From the human T2T-CHM13v2.0 reference genome, Homo sapiens: a stretch of DNA of 64,000 bases. The notes below the pieces were generated by a model. The model saw nothing but the letters and a program-made list of their open reading frames with translations, made no database searches and was not told the DNA's origin. Numbering within the stretch: the first letter of the stretch is position 1; the number at the start of each line of letters is the position of its first letter. The position numbers were made by a program, and so were the translations under genes. Positions 44,286-57,711 of the stretch are shown here, piece after piece. Where the stretch lies: assembly GCF_009914755.1 (NCBI RefSeq), contig NC_060930.1. One strand, written 5' to 3'.

Positions 44286-44702
44286 ATGAAGAAAGCACCA
44301 AAAAAGACATACTTGTCTCCCCTGGAGAAGTTCAGAGGAGGAATCACCAGTGCACAGCCTTGAAGAATCGGAAGGAGTTCCAATTGGGGATGGAGGGAAG
44401 GTAGAAGAAACCACATGGGTGGGACACGTAGTTGGACACTAGAGGCCAGAGTGCCTGGGGGCGGGTGTGAGAGAAGAGGCTGCAGCGCCAGGTCCTGAGG
44501 AGATGCCTGCCATGTACAAAAGCTACATCTGCCTTGACCAGAAAGTGGTGGGAGTTTTAAGCAGCAGCCTGCCAGGAACATGATTAGGTGATAATAGGTA
44601 ACACTCATGCAGCCAACCCCTAATTAGAGCTTCCTATAGGCCAAACACTATTCTAAGCCCTTTACATATATTAACTGAATTCTCACATAATCCTTTGAAC
44701 TA

Positions 44703-44960
<258 letters not shown>

Positions 44961-46204
44961 TCATCCTAACTCAGTGTGCATTTACATGGATAAGGCTGAG
45001 AGGAAGGAAGTTTGGAGAGAAGACAGATTGGAAAAGAGAAGGCACTAGAAATGAGTTAGGAGGGAAGGTCCAGATGGGAAATGAACGTGCCAGAATTAAG
45101 GTTGTAGGGAGGAAAAGAAGAGGTTACGCTTAATGGAAAATCCAGGGTTCAGGGAACCTAGTGACCAGTTGGATGTGGAGACAAGTAATTCCTTTGGGAA
45201 AGATTTTGTGAATTTAGTTGGTCTGTTCTCCTCTTTGAAATATTTTTATAACACTCCTTTCCAAGGGGGTGACTTTACCAGAATGACAGCTTGCACTTTC
45301 ACCAATGTCCATTCACTGGTTCCTAACCCTGAAATCTAGCCAACTAAGGTATTAGGACTTCAAAAAAAAATCAACATGGTGGTGTGGTTTTCACCTTGAA
45401 ATGGGGTATTTACTCCTCCTCTAATAATAGACATGTTGTTTCTGTCTTCTAGGAGTTTCACTTTGATGTGTCAAAGGAAATGCCATGAACTCTAGGGGAG
45501 AGTCATCACTGCGTGAATGCAGGATAAACAGCAGGTGTGGCTGGGGCTTTAGGACAAGTGCCAGTCGTCCTATTCCATTTTTAGAGATAAAAAAAAAATG
45601 AATGTTTCAAGTGCTTTGGTTTTCAGGAGTCAAAGACAGCTTTCAAAAGAGTCCACGAATAGAAGCCCAACATTTCAGAGTGAAGCTGCATGACAGAGAC
45701 ACTTCTTAGTGTCTCCATGATCATGATTAGGAAGCCGAAACCAACACACTCTTCTTTGCATCACTTGGGTGAAGCAGGTGGGAGGCAGATGTCCTGCCTG
45801 CACACCTGGGTAGGTTGAAGGCAGCTCTTTAATTTGAACATTGAGCAATCACCTTCCCTTTTAGAACCTTGCAAATTAAATTTGCCCTAGGAACAAGTAA
45901 ACAGATGATCTGGCAAAAGCCAGGTCCAGGGACCGGAAAGAGATCATAATATTAATAATAACCCCTTACATTTGCATTGTTTCTGTATCCTTCACACAGC
46001 GGTCCCAGTGAAATGATCATGTGCTTATTCTTGTCTTCACTGGAAAGCTAAGGAGTCTAGGGCTTAGAGAACTGTCTTGCCCCAGGTAATAGCAAAATAG
46101 AGGCAGAGCGGAGACAGGTTTTCTGACGATAAGCCTAGTGTTTCTGCCAGCACACCATCAATAAGCAGATTGTAATGGCTTTGGTTCTTCTAGCAACAGA
46201 ATCT

Positions 46205-46412
46205 TCTTTTTTTTTTCTTTTTCTATTTTACTTTAAGTTCTGGGATACATGTGCAAAACATGCAGGTTTGTTACATAGATACACATGTGCCATGGTGGTT
46301 TCCTGCACCTATCAACCCATCATCTAGGTTTTAAGCCCTGCATGCATTAGGTACTTGTCCTAATGCTCTCCCTCCTCTTACCCCCACCCCCCAACAAGCC
46401 CTGGTATGTGAT
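46205..46412 (-). mobile_element. Short L1PA8-like 3' end
   Basis: 'ctaggttttaagccctgcatgcattagg'; TSD acagaatct (46196-46204, 46413-46421). Confidence 0.88.
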
Positions 46413-46424
46413 ACAGAATCTGTG

Positions 46425-46865
46425 ACAATAGAAACCTCTTATTCCTGGGGGGACCCTACTCCCCTACTTAGGAATGGACTTGTTATGTAGGATGTAGGTC
46501 TCCTCCATTTGGTTAAAGGATAGACAGATGGCTGATCTGAGTTGGGCCAAGCCTCAGTTTTCCCCAGTCCTCCTCATCTTTCTCTCTTGGAGAAAGAAGC
46601 TGTCTTCCTCCTGAGGTTGTGAAACTGGGAAGCTTAAGCAGCCTCTGGCCCTCATACTCACCAGGGAGAAAGACTTTTAAAAAGATGGAGCCAAAAATGA
46701 ATCGTGTTTAAGCTTTTGATTCTAGCCATGTCAGAAACTAGTTCTACTTTTGGACTGTTTAGTTATATTAACTAATTAATTACTTCTATTGCTTAAGCTA
46801 ATTTGAGTGTTTTGCTTTGTCTTTTTTGGTTTGGTCACCTTCAACCAAGAGTCCAAACCAACAGA
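46425..46865 (+). mobile_element. Degenerate MLT1-type LTR
   Basis: 'gattctagccatgtcagaaac...ttttggactgtttagttat...ttgcttaagctaatttgagt...caaccaagagtcc'. Confidence 0.55.
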
Positions 46866-48439
46866 TGCCCAATAGAAATAACAAACCTCAATATGGGTGG
46901 CTCAGAGAAGACCTCTTGAATGTACTACCTGGTTCCCTGCCCCCACCTTCCTCTTCCAGGTCCACACACAGTGATGGCTCACCCATGCTGTGAGCAGCCT
47001 ACGATCAGGTTATTTCAGGGAACTCCGGCCCCTCCTTAACCAGAATAACCAGAATGGTTTCTTCCTGCCTCTATCTTGAATTTTTGAGAGGCATGCCTTG
47101 GATCAAGTACCTAGGATATATGTTTCTGGGAGCCTTTTAGCTCTGGGAGGTGGAAAGTACGTATAGGTTGGGGCTAAGGTAGGTTGCACCCCTCAATATT
47201 CATGGAATCAGGGGGATTGGGTGGATTCATTTACTCTTTGAAATAAACTCAGGTTCATTTTATCCTTTTGCAGTCTTTCTGATAACTTTCAGGACACAAC
47301 TCAATAAAGTAGGGTCCTTCACAAGACCTCCATGAGGCCAGGAAGCCCTCTGAGAATTTCTATTGGGGTCTTCAGTCCAGAGCCCTTGGCCATGTTGCTC
47401 CAGTGAAGGCTAGCCCAGAAAAGGCTACAGCAAACTCTGTGCCCCTTCATGTCCCTCTCAGAGCTAAACAGAGACAGCAATGAGACCTAAATATGTTTCG
47501 CTTTTCCCACTTTTGCCAAATAGACAGTGTTTCAAAGGAAATGCCTTATGTAAATACAATAACAAAAGCTAACATGCACATAATGAAGTTGAAAGAAAAC
47601 TGTACCCTGTTTTACTACTGTAGTTTGCACAAATTGCTTCTTTGGAATGATAAATTCCGAGTAAACTGTAGCTATTTTGAGACACAAATTCCAGCCCTCC
47701 CCAGTCAAACAAAGTATCTTTGATTTCTTTAAATAATGACATATATGAGGCTTGAGCCCATCCAAAGAAAAGCAAAAGCTGTCTCATTGCTCCTTAAGAA
47801 CATGCATCCCACAACCACGGTCTTCTTCCCGGCGTGTGTGCATTCTGACTTGCATGATCTGGCCTCAAGAGCATTGTTGGCATACTGTTGTTTGTGTTAC
47901 TCAGGATTAGCAGAAAATTTCTGTGGGTGTTTTACGTCACTGGAGTAGGAAGCACTGAAAAATTATACCCACTTGATTGATATTTCTGGAAAGAGAACTC
48001 TAACTTACTAGAGGAAGGGGGTGGGGTGGCCAGGAAAGAAAAGAATGAGTAAGACTCAAGAAAGCCCCATCAGGAAAGTCCCACTTGGAAAACTGAATTG
48101 ATGGAGATGAGATTTCTTGCATGAAGCAGCATTAAGCTCTATTTGGTAGGGAAATCAAAGTTCTTATTGTCTCAGAGGGGGTGAAAAAAAAAAGTGTGGA
48201 TCTCATGTCAGTGTCTACCAATTTATGGAACTGAACTTTGGCAAGAGACAGTGAGAGTTACAAAGCAGTACAATTTCCCTTTCAATAAACTACAGATTTG
48301 TATGTAATTGGGTGGAAGGGGCCGGTAGAGTTTAGTCTGGAAACATTTGGTACAAAGTTTGAGATTTTTCAGATATTCCAGAGAAGTATAACAGTCACAG
48401 AATAATGTCTAGTCCACATGTCTTTTTTTAAAGGCATTA

Positions 48440-49240
48440 AAGAAAACTAACACTGCAATTTTAAAAATGGGCAAAAGAGTACAAATATAGTTTGTAAAAG
48501 AAGAAATACAAATGTGAAGACTCAAACAAAACAAACAAGGCCCTGACCTCATTTATAATCAAAGAGGTGCAATATAAAATAATAAGGACCTATTTTTTAA
48601 TGTACTGCATGAATGAAACATTTTTATGTGATAATCTCTTCTTTGACTGGTGTCAGGAGGCAGGCACACATGTACTGATTCCAGTAACACCACCATTAGG
48701 GAAAGTAATTTGCCAATATATTTTTTAAAGGTATGTACTTTGACCCCCATAAGTCTACTGCTAGGAATTTATTCCAGGAAAAATTGTGAGAGGTACACAA
48801 ATATTTACATTCAGAGTCGCATTGATTAAATGTTGAAAAATGGCAAATAACTCAAATGTCTAACAATATGGGCTACGTTAATTTTTGTTTTTCTGTTTTT
48901 TGGGTTTTTTTTTCTTTTCGTTTACATTCTCTCATGAAGGGCTAAATTAATTAAGGTATACTCACACAACTGTTTATTATAAAAATATATAAAATCTTTT
49001 TTTAATGTTGTTATGAGAAAATCTTCAATGTAACAGTAAGAAGAAACATCTAATTATAAATTTTATTTAAAATATTATGTGATATATAAATGTACACATA
49101 TATAATAAAAACAGTATATATATCTAATATATAGTAAATATATAGTGAGATAAGATATGGGAGGAAATAAAATTTGTTCATGGTAGTAATCACTGGGTGA
49201 TAAAATTATAAATTTTTTTGAAATTATAAATCTGTAATTT
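48440..49240 (+). mobile_element. Degenerate L1ME remnant
   Basis: 'aaaaatgggcaaaaga', 'ctttgacccc...ctgctaggaatttattcc'. Confidence 0.5.
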
Positions 49241-49308
49241 CATAATGTTTGAGGTATGGGAAAATTTTTTCTTAAGGCACACCTTAGATGTCTAAAAGAA
49301 TATTTCTA

Positions 49309-49397
49309 GACTGGGCATGGTGGTTCATGCCTATAATCCCAGCACTTTGGGAGGCCAAAGCAGGGGGATTGCTTGAGGCCAGGAGTTCAAGATGCCC
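49309..49397 (+). mobile_element. 3'-truncated Alu (AluJ/FLAM-type 5' ~85 bp), no poly(A)
   Basis: gactgggcatggtggttcatgcc...ggagttcaagat, flanked by aaaagaatatttcta / aaaataatatctcta. Confidence 0.85.
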
Positions 49398-50259
49398 AAA
49401 ATAATATCTCTAAGATAACTGAGTAGCCAGACAGCCAGATAGAACTTGGCAAAAAAAATTTCCCCCTTAATATTTTATTGCATTTATTTTTTAAAAAGCA
49501 AGATGGAGGAGTACTGTGAAATAGTAAAGAGGGTATGGGACTCACAAATATGTTGCATGCGATATAAAATGTGGTTTCCTATGTAAAATATGTCTGTGTA
49601 CATGAATGTGACATATGCATATCCCACACATGTCCCAAATAGGATTAGACCTTTCAATGGCATGAAGACGTGAGAAATTGGTAAGTTACATATATATTGC
49701 AGGAAACCTAGAAACCATTTGGTATTAAAGAAAAGTAAAAGCTTATAGAACCAGAAACATGGAATATGTTTGTTTGAGCACTATATTTAACTCTGAGCTT
49801 CTTAGAAGTTAAGCCAAATGAGTAAACATAATGAGTTACACAGTTTTAATTATCTGATGAAAGGAAGCACACAAGTTCATCTGGAAAGACAGAGTTCTTT
49901 TCCCTACTCACTTCCAGTAAACATTTCCATGTATATCTTCATATAAGAATGTTTCATAGCAAAATGGACTTTGATCTTGGATAGAAGTCAAGGACATCAA
50001 ATTAAAACAAAGTTCAATGAAGATTTCTATAAGGAGTCAAGCTATATAGTCTTGGTATATTTTTTTCTAGTAAGCTTTCTTGATGCAGGAATACAATTTA
50101 AAGAATCCAAAAAGGATTCAAACTGGCTGCAAACAGACTGCTGCAGGCTGGATTGGACACACAGGGTGTTTCATAACAATTTTAATCCATTGTCAATATT
50201 TAAGATTCAGATTTTACATAAGAATCCAGTTTCAAGTTTCATTTAAAAGACTGCATTTT

Positions 50260-50858
50260 CCTTTTCATTCTTTTTTCTCTAATCTTGTCTTCACATTTTA
50301 TTTCATTAAGTTGATCTTCAATCTCTGATATCCTTTCTTCCATTTGATTGATTCGGCTACTGATACTTGTGTATGTTTCACAAAGTTCTCAGGCTGCGTC
50401 TTTCAGCTCCACCAGGTCATTTATGTTCTTCTTTAAACTGGTTATTCTAGTTAGCAGTTCCTGTAACCTTTTATCAAGGTTCTTAGCTTCCTTGCACTGG
50501 GTTAGAACATGCTCCTTTAGCTTGGAGGAGTTTGTTATTACCCACCTTCTGAAGCCTGGATGAAGCTGGAAAACATCATTCTCAGCAAACCAACACAGGA
50601 ACAGAAAACCAAACACCACATATTCTCACTCATAAGTGGGAGTTGAACAATGAGAACACATGGACACAGGGAGGGGAACATCACACACCAGGGCATGTTG
50701 GGGAGTAGGGGGCTAGGGGAGGGATAGCATTAGGAGAAATACCCAATGTAGATGAGGGGTTGTTGGGTGCAGCAAACCACCATGGCACATGTACACCTAT
50801 GTAACAAACCTGCATGTTCTGCACACGTATCCCAGAACTTAAAGTATAATAATTTAAA
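50260..50858. mobile_element. L1PA7-like insertion with 5' inversion: antisense ORF1 piece (50260-50557) plus sense 3' end (50557-50858)
   Basis: The minus strand translates to ORF1 coiled-coil text (GFRRWVITNSSKLKEHVLTQCKEAKNL...); the plus part is an L1PA7-type 3'UTR; TSD aaaagactgcatttt (50245-50259) / aaaagactacatttt (50859-50873). Confidence 0.92.
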
Positions 50859-51604
50859 AAAAGACTACATTTTTTTTTGACAAATTGAAATCACTTTCTG
50901 CATAGCCTTTGGCTGGCCTTGAGCAGCCACTGACTCCTGAGAAGGGTCATTTGTGCATCATGGTCTCTGTCAGGAAGCTTCCTGCAATTGCCATATTGGA
51001 CTGGCCCCTGCAGATTTGTACATGTGGGAGCCTAAATCTAGAAGAATGAATAGAGAGCATACTTTTTGGATGATACCTTTCTGATATAAATTGTTTCATT
51101 TTGACTAAATCTAGATGGCAGTCAATTTAACATTAAACTCCCAAATGGTACATTAAAAGGCAACATAATTGATTCCATGAATCAGAAAAAGTTCATGAAA
51201 TAGCATGCCTGGAGCTACGATCTGATTCACCTGGGCACCAATGAAGTGATTGTCTCAAAGAAGTCATGTGTTTAAGTCTGAGAGGCTTTGGAATTCCCAC
51301 TTCCCCTGAAGACCCAGGTGGTTGGCACACAATCAGCCAAGCCTCCATTACCCTTTTTTCTCTTTTCCTCTTCCTCCTTTCCTCTGACTGTTCCCAGCAC
51401 TGTCATGAAGAATTTGTCTGAGTCTTCCCAGTTGCGGTGATGACTTGCACTGGCCCATATGCACTCTCACCAGTTCTCCCACCCTGCCCCCACACAAACA
51501 CTGTGATTCATGTCATTAACTTGTAGAAAGACAAATGGGAATTCAGAGTTCAACTGGTGGCACAGAAATGAGAGGTGTTAGCTAATCCATACAGAGACAG
51601 CCAT

Positions 51605-51630
51605 AAAAAAAAAAAAAAAAAAAAAAAAAA
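51605..51630. repeat. Isolated A26 tract
   Basis: Pure A run with no recognisable Alu or L1 body upstream. Confidence 0.9.
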
Positions 51631-51789
51631 CCTTGACCATCTTAGCCAATGTCATATCCAGCCAAGTCTCCAGCACAAAGAAGGAGAAATTTGCCTACTA
51701 GACCATCTTTGGTGATAGCAAGAAGGAGACATTCTCTTTAGTCAAGCAATCTGAGTTAGACAGTGTTGGTTGCATGGTCAATAGCCATT

Positions 51790-52265
51790 GCTTCTCTCTT
51801 GTTCATGGTTTTGTGGGTCAGGAATTTGAGAAGGGTGGCTGGAGAGTTCTTGCTTGGGATTTCTCATGTGGTTGTGGACAGATGTTGGATGGGGCTGCTG
51901 TGATCTGAAGACTGGACATCCAAGACAGTTCATTCATGTGGCTGGAGTTGACGTTGGCTGTTGGCTGAGAGTTCAGCTAGAGCTGTCAATTAGAGAATCT
52001 ACATGTGGCCTCTCCAGCGTGGCAGTCTCAGAACAGACAGACTTCTTTCATGGCAACTGTCTTCCTCAAAGTGAGCATCCCAGAAGAACCAGTCAGAAGA
52101 TGCAATACCTTTTATATCCAAGCCCTAGGAGTCACACAGAATCACTTCCACCATGCTTTGTTGGTTAAAGCAGTCCCAAGCACATTCTAATTTCAGCAGA
52201 TGGAACCCAAGCCTTGCTTCTCTGAGGGAGGAGGGTCAAAGAATTTGCAGACAAGTTTTAAATCA
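51790..52265 (-). mobile_element. MLT1F/G/H-type solo LTR
   Basis: 'ttgtgggtcaggaatttgagaaggg...ggactggacatccaaga...gtcacacagaatcacttccacc'. Confidence 0.7.
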
Positions 52266-54451
52266 TTCAAAAAAAAAAAGAGGTGTAAATCTTCAAAGAC
52301 AAATTGTGATGCATCAGCACATTGTACTCTTCAAAAATAGGTCTGCATTCACAGAGTAAATGCTGTTCACTTTCATGCAAGAAGAATCCATCCTGAATTC
52401 ACCAATTTTATGAGGGACTATAGGTGAAAGACTTCATTATCTGCCACCTCATTTTACCCATTATTTTTTACTACGCATAGAGCAGTCTGGTTCCTTCTCA
52501 GGCTGGCCCAGTTTTCTCTATGCCTCATTTCTATTCCCTCTTTCTTTCATTCTCTCTGTTTCTCTCTCTCTCCAACTTCAGCTGACTTTTCCTGCTCAGT
52601 ATCTCCACATACACACAACTGAATTCTGATATAGCCACCCCATTGCCCTGATATTACCCATCTGAGACTGAGGACATTCTCTGGGTTTCAGGTCCAAATT
52701 CCAGGATCCAAGCATCTTATTGGTTCAGAAGGAAAGGACATATGTGCTGCTCAGACAGAGCTGTGAGAGCAGACCCTTTGAGAAAGGGTATGGAAATTTA
52801 GGGACGCTAAGCTATTATATTTGAGTAGCAGAAGACTAATAAATCCATCATACAAAAGGGTTTTGGTAACACAAAATAGCTCTTCCGCAAATAAGCATTC
52901 CCTTCACTGTGGCTTTCTATGACCTTTGACAAAAACAAAAAGTTTGATTTGTAGTCCACTTGCACACTACCTTCTGCATCTACAACAGGTAGATCTGTGA
53001 TCTGCACAGGTAGCAATGCTTCAGTGTCCCTGTTTCCCTCACTTGCAAAGTTTACTGATTCCAGACACAAGCTCCCAATTCTTACCAGAACACAACATTT
53101 CTACTCATGCAAAACCAATCCCAAACATCACTTACTCCAGATATATAATTGCAAACAAATGGTGAGGTGGATGGCTGGACTCAGATATTCTTCTGAAAGC
53201 ACAATGATGCTCCCTAGGGCCCAACTGCCTACTGCCCATACACCCACTATTAACCACATCAATTTACAGGTGTCTCTCTAGTGGCAAAGTCCCCATTTGC
53301 CATTTCCTTGCATTGTTGCTTTTGTGTTTGTTTTTAGAAAGTAAAATGGAAAACAAAAATGAATCTAGCCTATATAATTCCATTTCCAGCATACAACTGT
53401 CCTAAGCCTGTGCAGCTAGGCCACTTAGTCATGGAAGTTCACAGGATTTAGAAGCTTGGTTTTATGTATATCATTATATAGGTGCTTGAGAAATCCATGA
53501 ATCCTTTACTGCTTCTATCAAATAAAAAAAAAGTTGATGCAGGTCATCCTTGATTGTAGAGGAAAAGGATGTTGCAGTAGCAGTAGTTAAGGATATATGT
53601 GGTTTTTGGTGGGATGGAGGGAAGGTGCTAGCTACTATGAAGAAGAAGTTGAAGATACCTTGTATCTGTTTCCTCCTAATGAGGAGGGGAAGAGATCACA
53701 CAGGAATGCTGGCAATTTCAAAGAAGTGAGATACAGTAGTTTTAGAATCTGAAGATTATCAGCTGCCAAGTCTCAAGTTAAAAAAACAAAAGAAGCATCA
53801 TAGTCAAAACAAGACCTAAAGAATTACTGGGACAAGGATAGGGTATTTAATCCAATGATTAACCTGTAAATATCTGTGATACCACTCAGCAATCCAAACC
53901 TGAAATATCTGAGCAGACAGTAGTAACACATTTTTCTCTCTTTAATCAGATTATAAATCATTGTGCCCTGCTCTGATACTTTTCAATCAAGAGACTCAAA
54001 TTGTTTATCATCTATAATTTGGAGGTCCCTTTAAACTAAAACTTTAACTTAGACTTAAATAATCTCATAAGCAAGAGTGAAAAAGAAATCAAGGCAAGTC
54101 CGATATCTTCTATTTGCAACTCTTTTATTCCTTCCTCCCTTATAAATGAAATGTACACAGACAAGTCTTTAGTATTAATCACATCTTTAAGAGGCATCCA
54201 GTTAACTAACAGCAAAGGTAAAGTTCTAAGGATCAGCTATTTTGCAAGACATGCAGTCTTGGTTGAAGTGAAGTGGGGTTAGCCCTGTTTCTACCTCTTT
54301 TCTGTATTTGGTCAACCCAAAAGAACACCTGAATTTAACTGAACCAATTTCTTTACTTTATTGTGTCTAATTTCCTTCTAAAGATGGAAAAATTTTACCG
54401 ACTAAATCGAATGAAGAATACTTCTTTTTCCTATAAGCAGGACATTTTTAA

Positions 54452-54861
<410 letters not shown>

Positions 54862-55259
54862 TATATGTTTTTTCAATCTCTTATTTCATTGGTGCATAGA
54901 GAAGACCAGTTAGTATATTTTGTCTCTTGGATTTTCTTCTGGAAAACACAATGTACTTCCCCTCCCTACCCACTATATTCTTTTATTTCTGTAATGAAGC
55001 TTTTGAATAATCCAGGTTTGTTGGGGATTACCAGGAGCTTTGGAAGCATCTGTCACATTCCTCAGCTTGTTGTACCTTTCCCTTGAGATAAGCCAGGGAA
55101 CACATGATCTACCACATGAGCAAGCCACCAAGAAGAGGTGGCCTTAGGAACAGGAACTACTAAAGGTACATAACAATATGGACAAATAATGTGTAAGTAA
55201 TACACAAAAGGTTCAAGTTTCATCTTAATCCAGGTACAAGGAGAGGTGGAAATAAACAT

Positions 55260-55460
55260 GTAGTTGTCAAGAGTTCAAATCCTATGGTCAAAATCATCTG
55301 AGTTCAAATCTCAGTTGTGGGATCTTGGATACAACAAATAACCTCTTCTGGCCTCAGTGAAGTAGGAAAGCAAAAATCGGTACTCCATAACATTATCATA
55401 TAAATCAAGTAAAATAAACTAGCACATTTCCTGTGCACAGTAAGCATTTTTCAATGTATG
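55260..55460 (+). mobile_element. MIR
   Basis: 'ctgagttcaaatctcag...aacctcttctggcctcagt'. Confidence 0.55.
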
Positions 55461-55689
55461 CTGCTGTTGTGTTACAAAAGGCAAAGTGAAACAATGGTTC
55501 AATTGTTCAAACAAAAACAGTATGAACAAAGAAAACGTAGTGACTATGTCATTCATGAAGATACTTTTCTCCAACCACCTTCCTCTTTCACAGAGCACTA
55601 TTAACATTGTTCTCAACTGCAAATGTCATCTTTCTCTAAAAGATCAGTGTTCATTTGCCATAAGCATTGAATTGTGCCAGTATGACAAC

Positions 55690-57711
55690 TTTCCTTGACT
55701 GCCACGTACCTCTGCAGCCCATTGCCATATTCCTTTGCTCCCCTTCACAGGAAAATTTCTTAAAACAATCTTCTATGTACAGTGACTCCATTTACTCCCC
55801 TCCCACATTCTTCAGCCCATTTTCACCAGGCTCTCATCAGCACCATTCATTAAAAACCTCTCATCACAGTCAGCAGTGGCCACCCATATGCCAAAGCTAA
55901 TGTTCACTCTTCTGCCTTGTTCTGACTTATCTCTCAGCAGCACTGGACATGCCCCATCCCTTCTTTCTTGGCCTTCTTCACTTTGTTAGGGCACCTTCTC
56001 TTTTGGTCTCCTCCCACCTCCCTGGCCAGTCCTTCTCAGACCACTTTGTCATTCTTCCTAGAATTCAGTCCTCAGACCCCTTCTCTTCCATCTATATTCA
56101 CCCGCTCAGGGACATCTTCTAGTCCCATGGCTTTATATACCTGTCTATAACTTACGGCTTCCAATTTATATCTCCAACATTGGCCACACTGCTACCATCC
56201 AGATTCATGTGTCTGTCTTCCAACTGGATATCTTCATCTAGTCATCTAATAGAAGCTCCAGACTTAAAATGTTCACAACTGCACATTTGATTCTCTACTC
56301 TTACCCAAAATAAGGGAAAGCTTTCACTTCCTTCAGTCTCATTCATCTCAGCAAACGGCAGTTCTACCACTATCTTTCCAGTTGCTCAGGCCAAAGTCTT
56401 CAAATGGTCCTTGACTTTACCATGTATAGTACATCTTATATCAAATCCTTCAGCAAATCCTGAAGGTCTCACCTTCAAGCTAAACCCAGAATCCAGTCAC
56501 TACTCATCTCTTACCTCTATCACCCTCATCCAGGCCATCGAAGTCTCTAGGCCTTACTTTAGCTTCCCAACTGTACTCTCTGCTCCTATGTATCTTTGCA
56601 CCAACAACTTCTTCTCTTGCGGCAGCCAGAGAGAAGTGTTAAAGCAAGTTAGATCAATCCTCTGTTCAGAAACTTTCAGTGGCCTTTCCTTTTCACTCAG
56701 AGCAAATGATCTGGCTCTGGCCTCCTCTGCAAAATCAATTTCTCACAGTTGTCCCCTCCTTGCCCACTTTGTTGTCTCCACTGGGCCACTGTAACGGCCT
56801 CCCATTTCTCTGCTTCCAGTCTACTTCCCTAGCCCCACATCTGCCTCTGATCTCTCTGATTTCCTTTCTGTTTCTCAAATACTCTAAGTCTTTCCTTCAT
56901 TACAGGCTTTTTGCATTTGCTGTTCCCTCTGCCTAGAAAAATCTTCCCTTAGATAATCCCATTTGACTTGTGCCCTTTCTTCCTTGGGCCTCTGCCCAAA
57001 CTTCACCTAATCAGAAAGACTTTCCCTGACCATCCTAAATAAAAAAACCAGCTGCTACACTTTCTATGTTTGTACCCCAAGCCTCATAAAATTTTATCCC
57101 CAATGTTGGTCCTATAGTGAGGCATTTGAGTCATGAGATTGGATCCCTCATGAATGGCTTGGTGCCATCCTCACTGTAGTCAGTGAGTTCTCACTCTATA
57201 AGTTCCCTTGAGAACTGATATTAAGAATAACCTGGCACCTCCCTCCCCTCTCTCTTGCTTCCACTCTCACCATGTGATCTCCACACATGCTGGCTCTCCT
57301 TCATCTTCAACCATGAGTGGAAGCAGCCTGAAGTCCTCACCAGAAAAAGATGCTGGTGCCGTGCTTCTCATACAGCCTGAAGAAACATGAGCCAAATAAA
57401 TCTTTTTTCTTTTTATTTTACCCAACCTTGGCTATTCCCTTATAGCAACACTAAATGGACTAAGACATCACCCCCAATTTCTTTCTATCCTTTTAACTCA
57501 CTTTATTTTTCTTCTTAGCAGATATCAACACTAGACAAGCTATAAGTGTTTGTTGTTTATTTGTTTATTGTCATCTGCCCCACTGAAATGTAAGCTCCAT
57601 GAAAGCAGGGACTTAATTTTAATTATTGGTTTAGTCCAGTACCTGAAACAGTGCCAGGCTGACAGCAAATGATCAGTTTTTATTTGCTGAATGAATAAAT
57701 GAACTAATGAA
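55690..57711 (+). mobile_element. Long L2 fragment with 3' end, interrupted by an MST LTR
   Basis: Pyrimidine-rich L2 body ('ccagttgctcaggccaaa', 'tttgctgttccctctgcctagaa', 'gtaagctccatgaaagcagggac') ending 'tgctgaatgaataaatgaa'. Confidence 0.8.
57053..57467 (+). mobile_element. MSTB-type MaLR solo LTR
   Basis: tgcta...'ccctcatgaatggcttggtgcc'...'gcaacactaaatggactaagaca'; 415 bp. Confidence 0.85.

Noticed and set aside
45453-45534. Plus-strand exon-like unit (ttctgtcttctag ... cag|gtgtgg)
   Set aside because: The donor is weak and there is no supporting coding signal; indistinguishable from a pseudo-exon.
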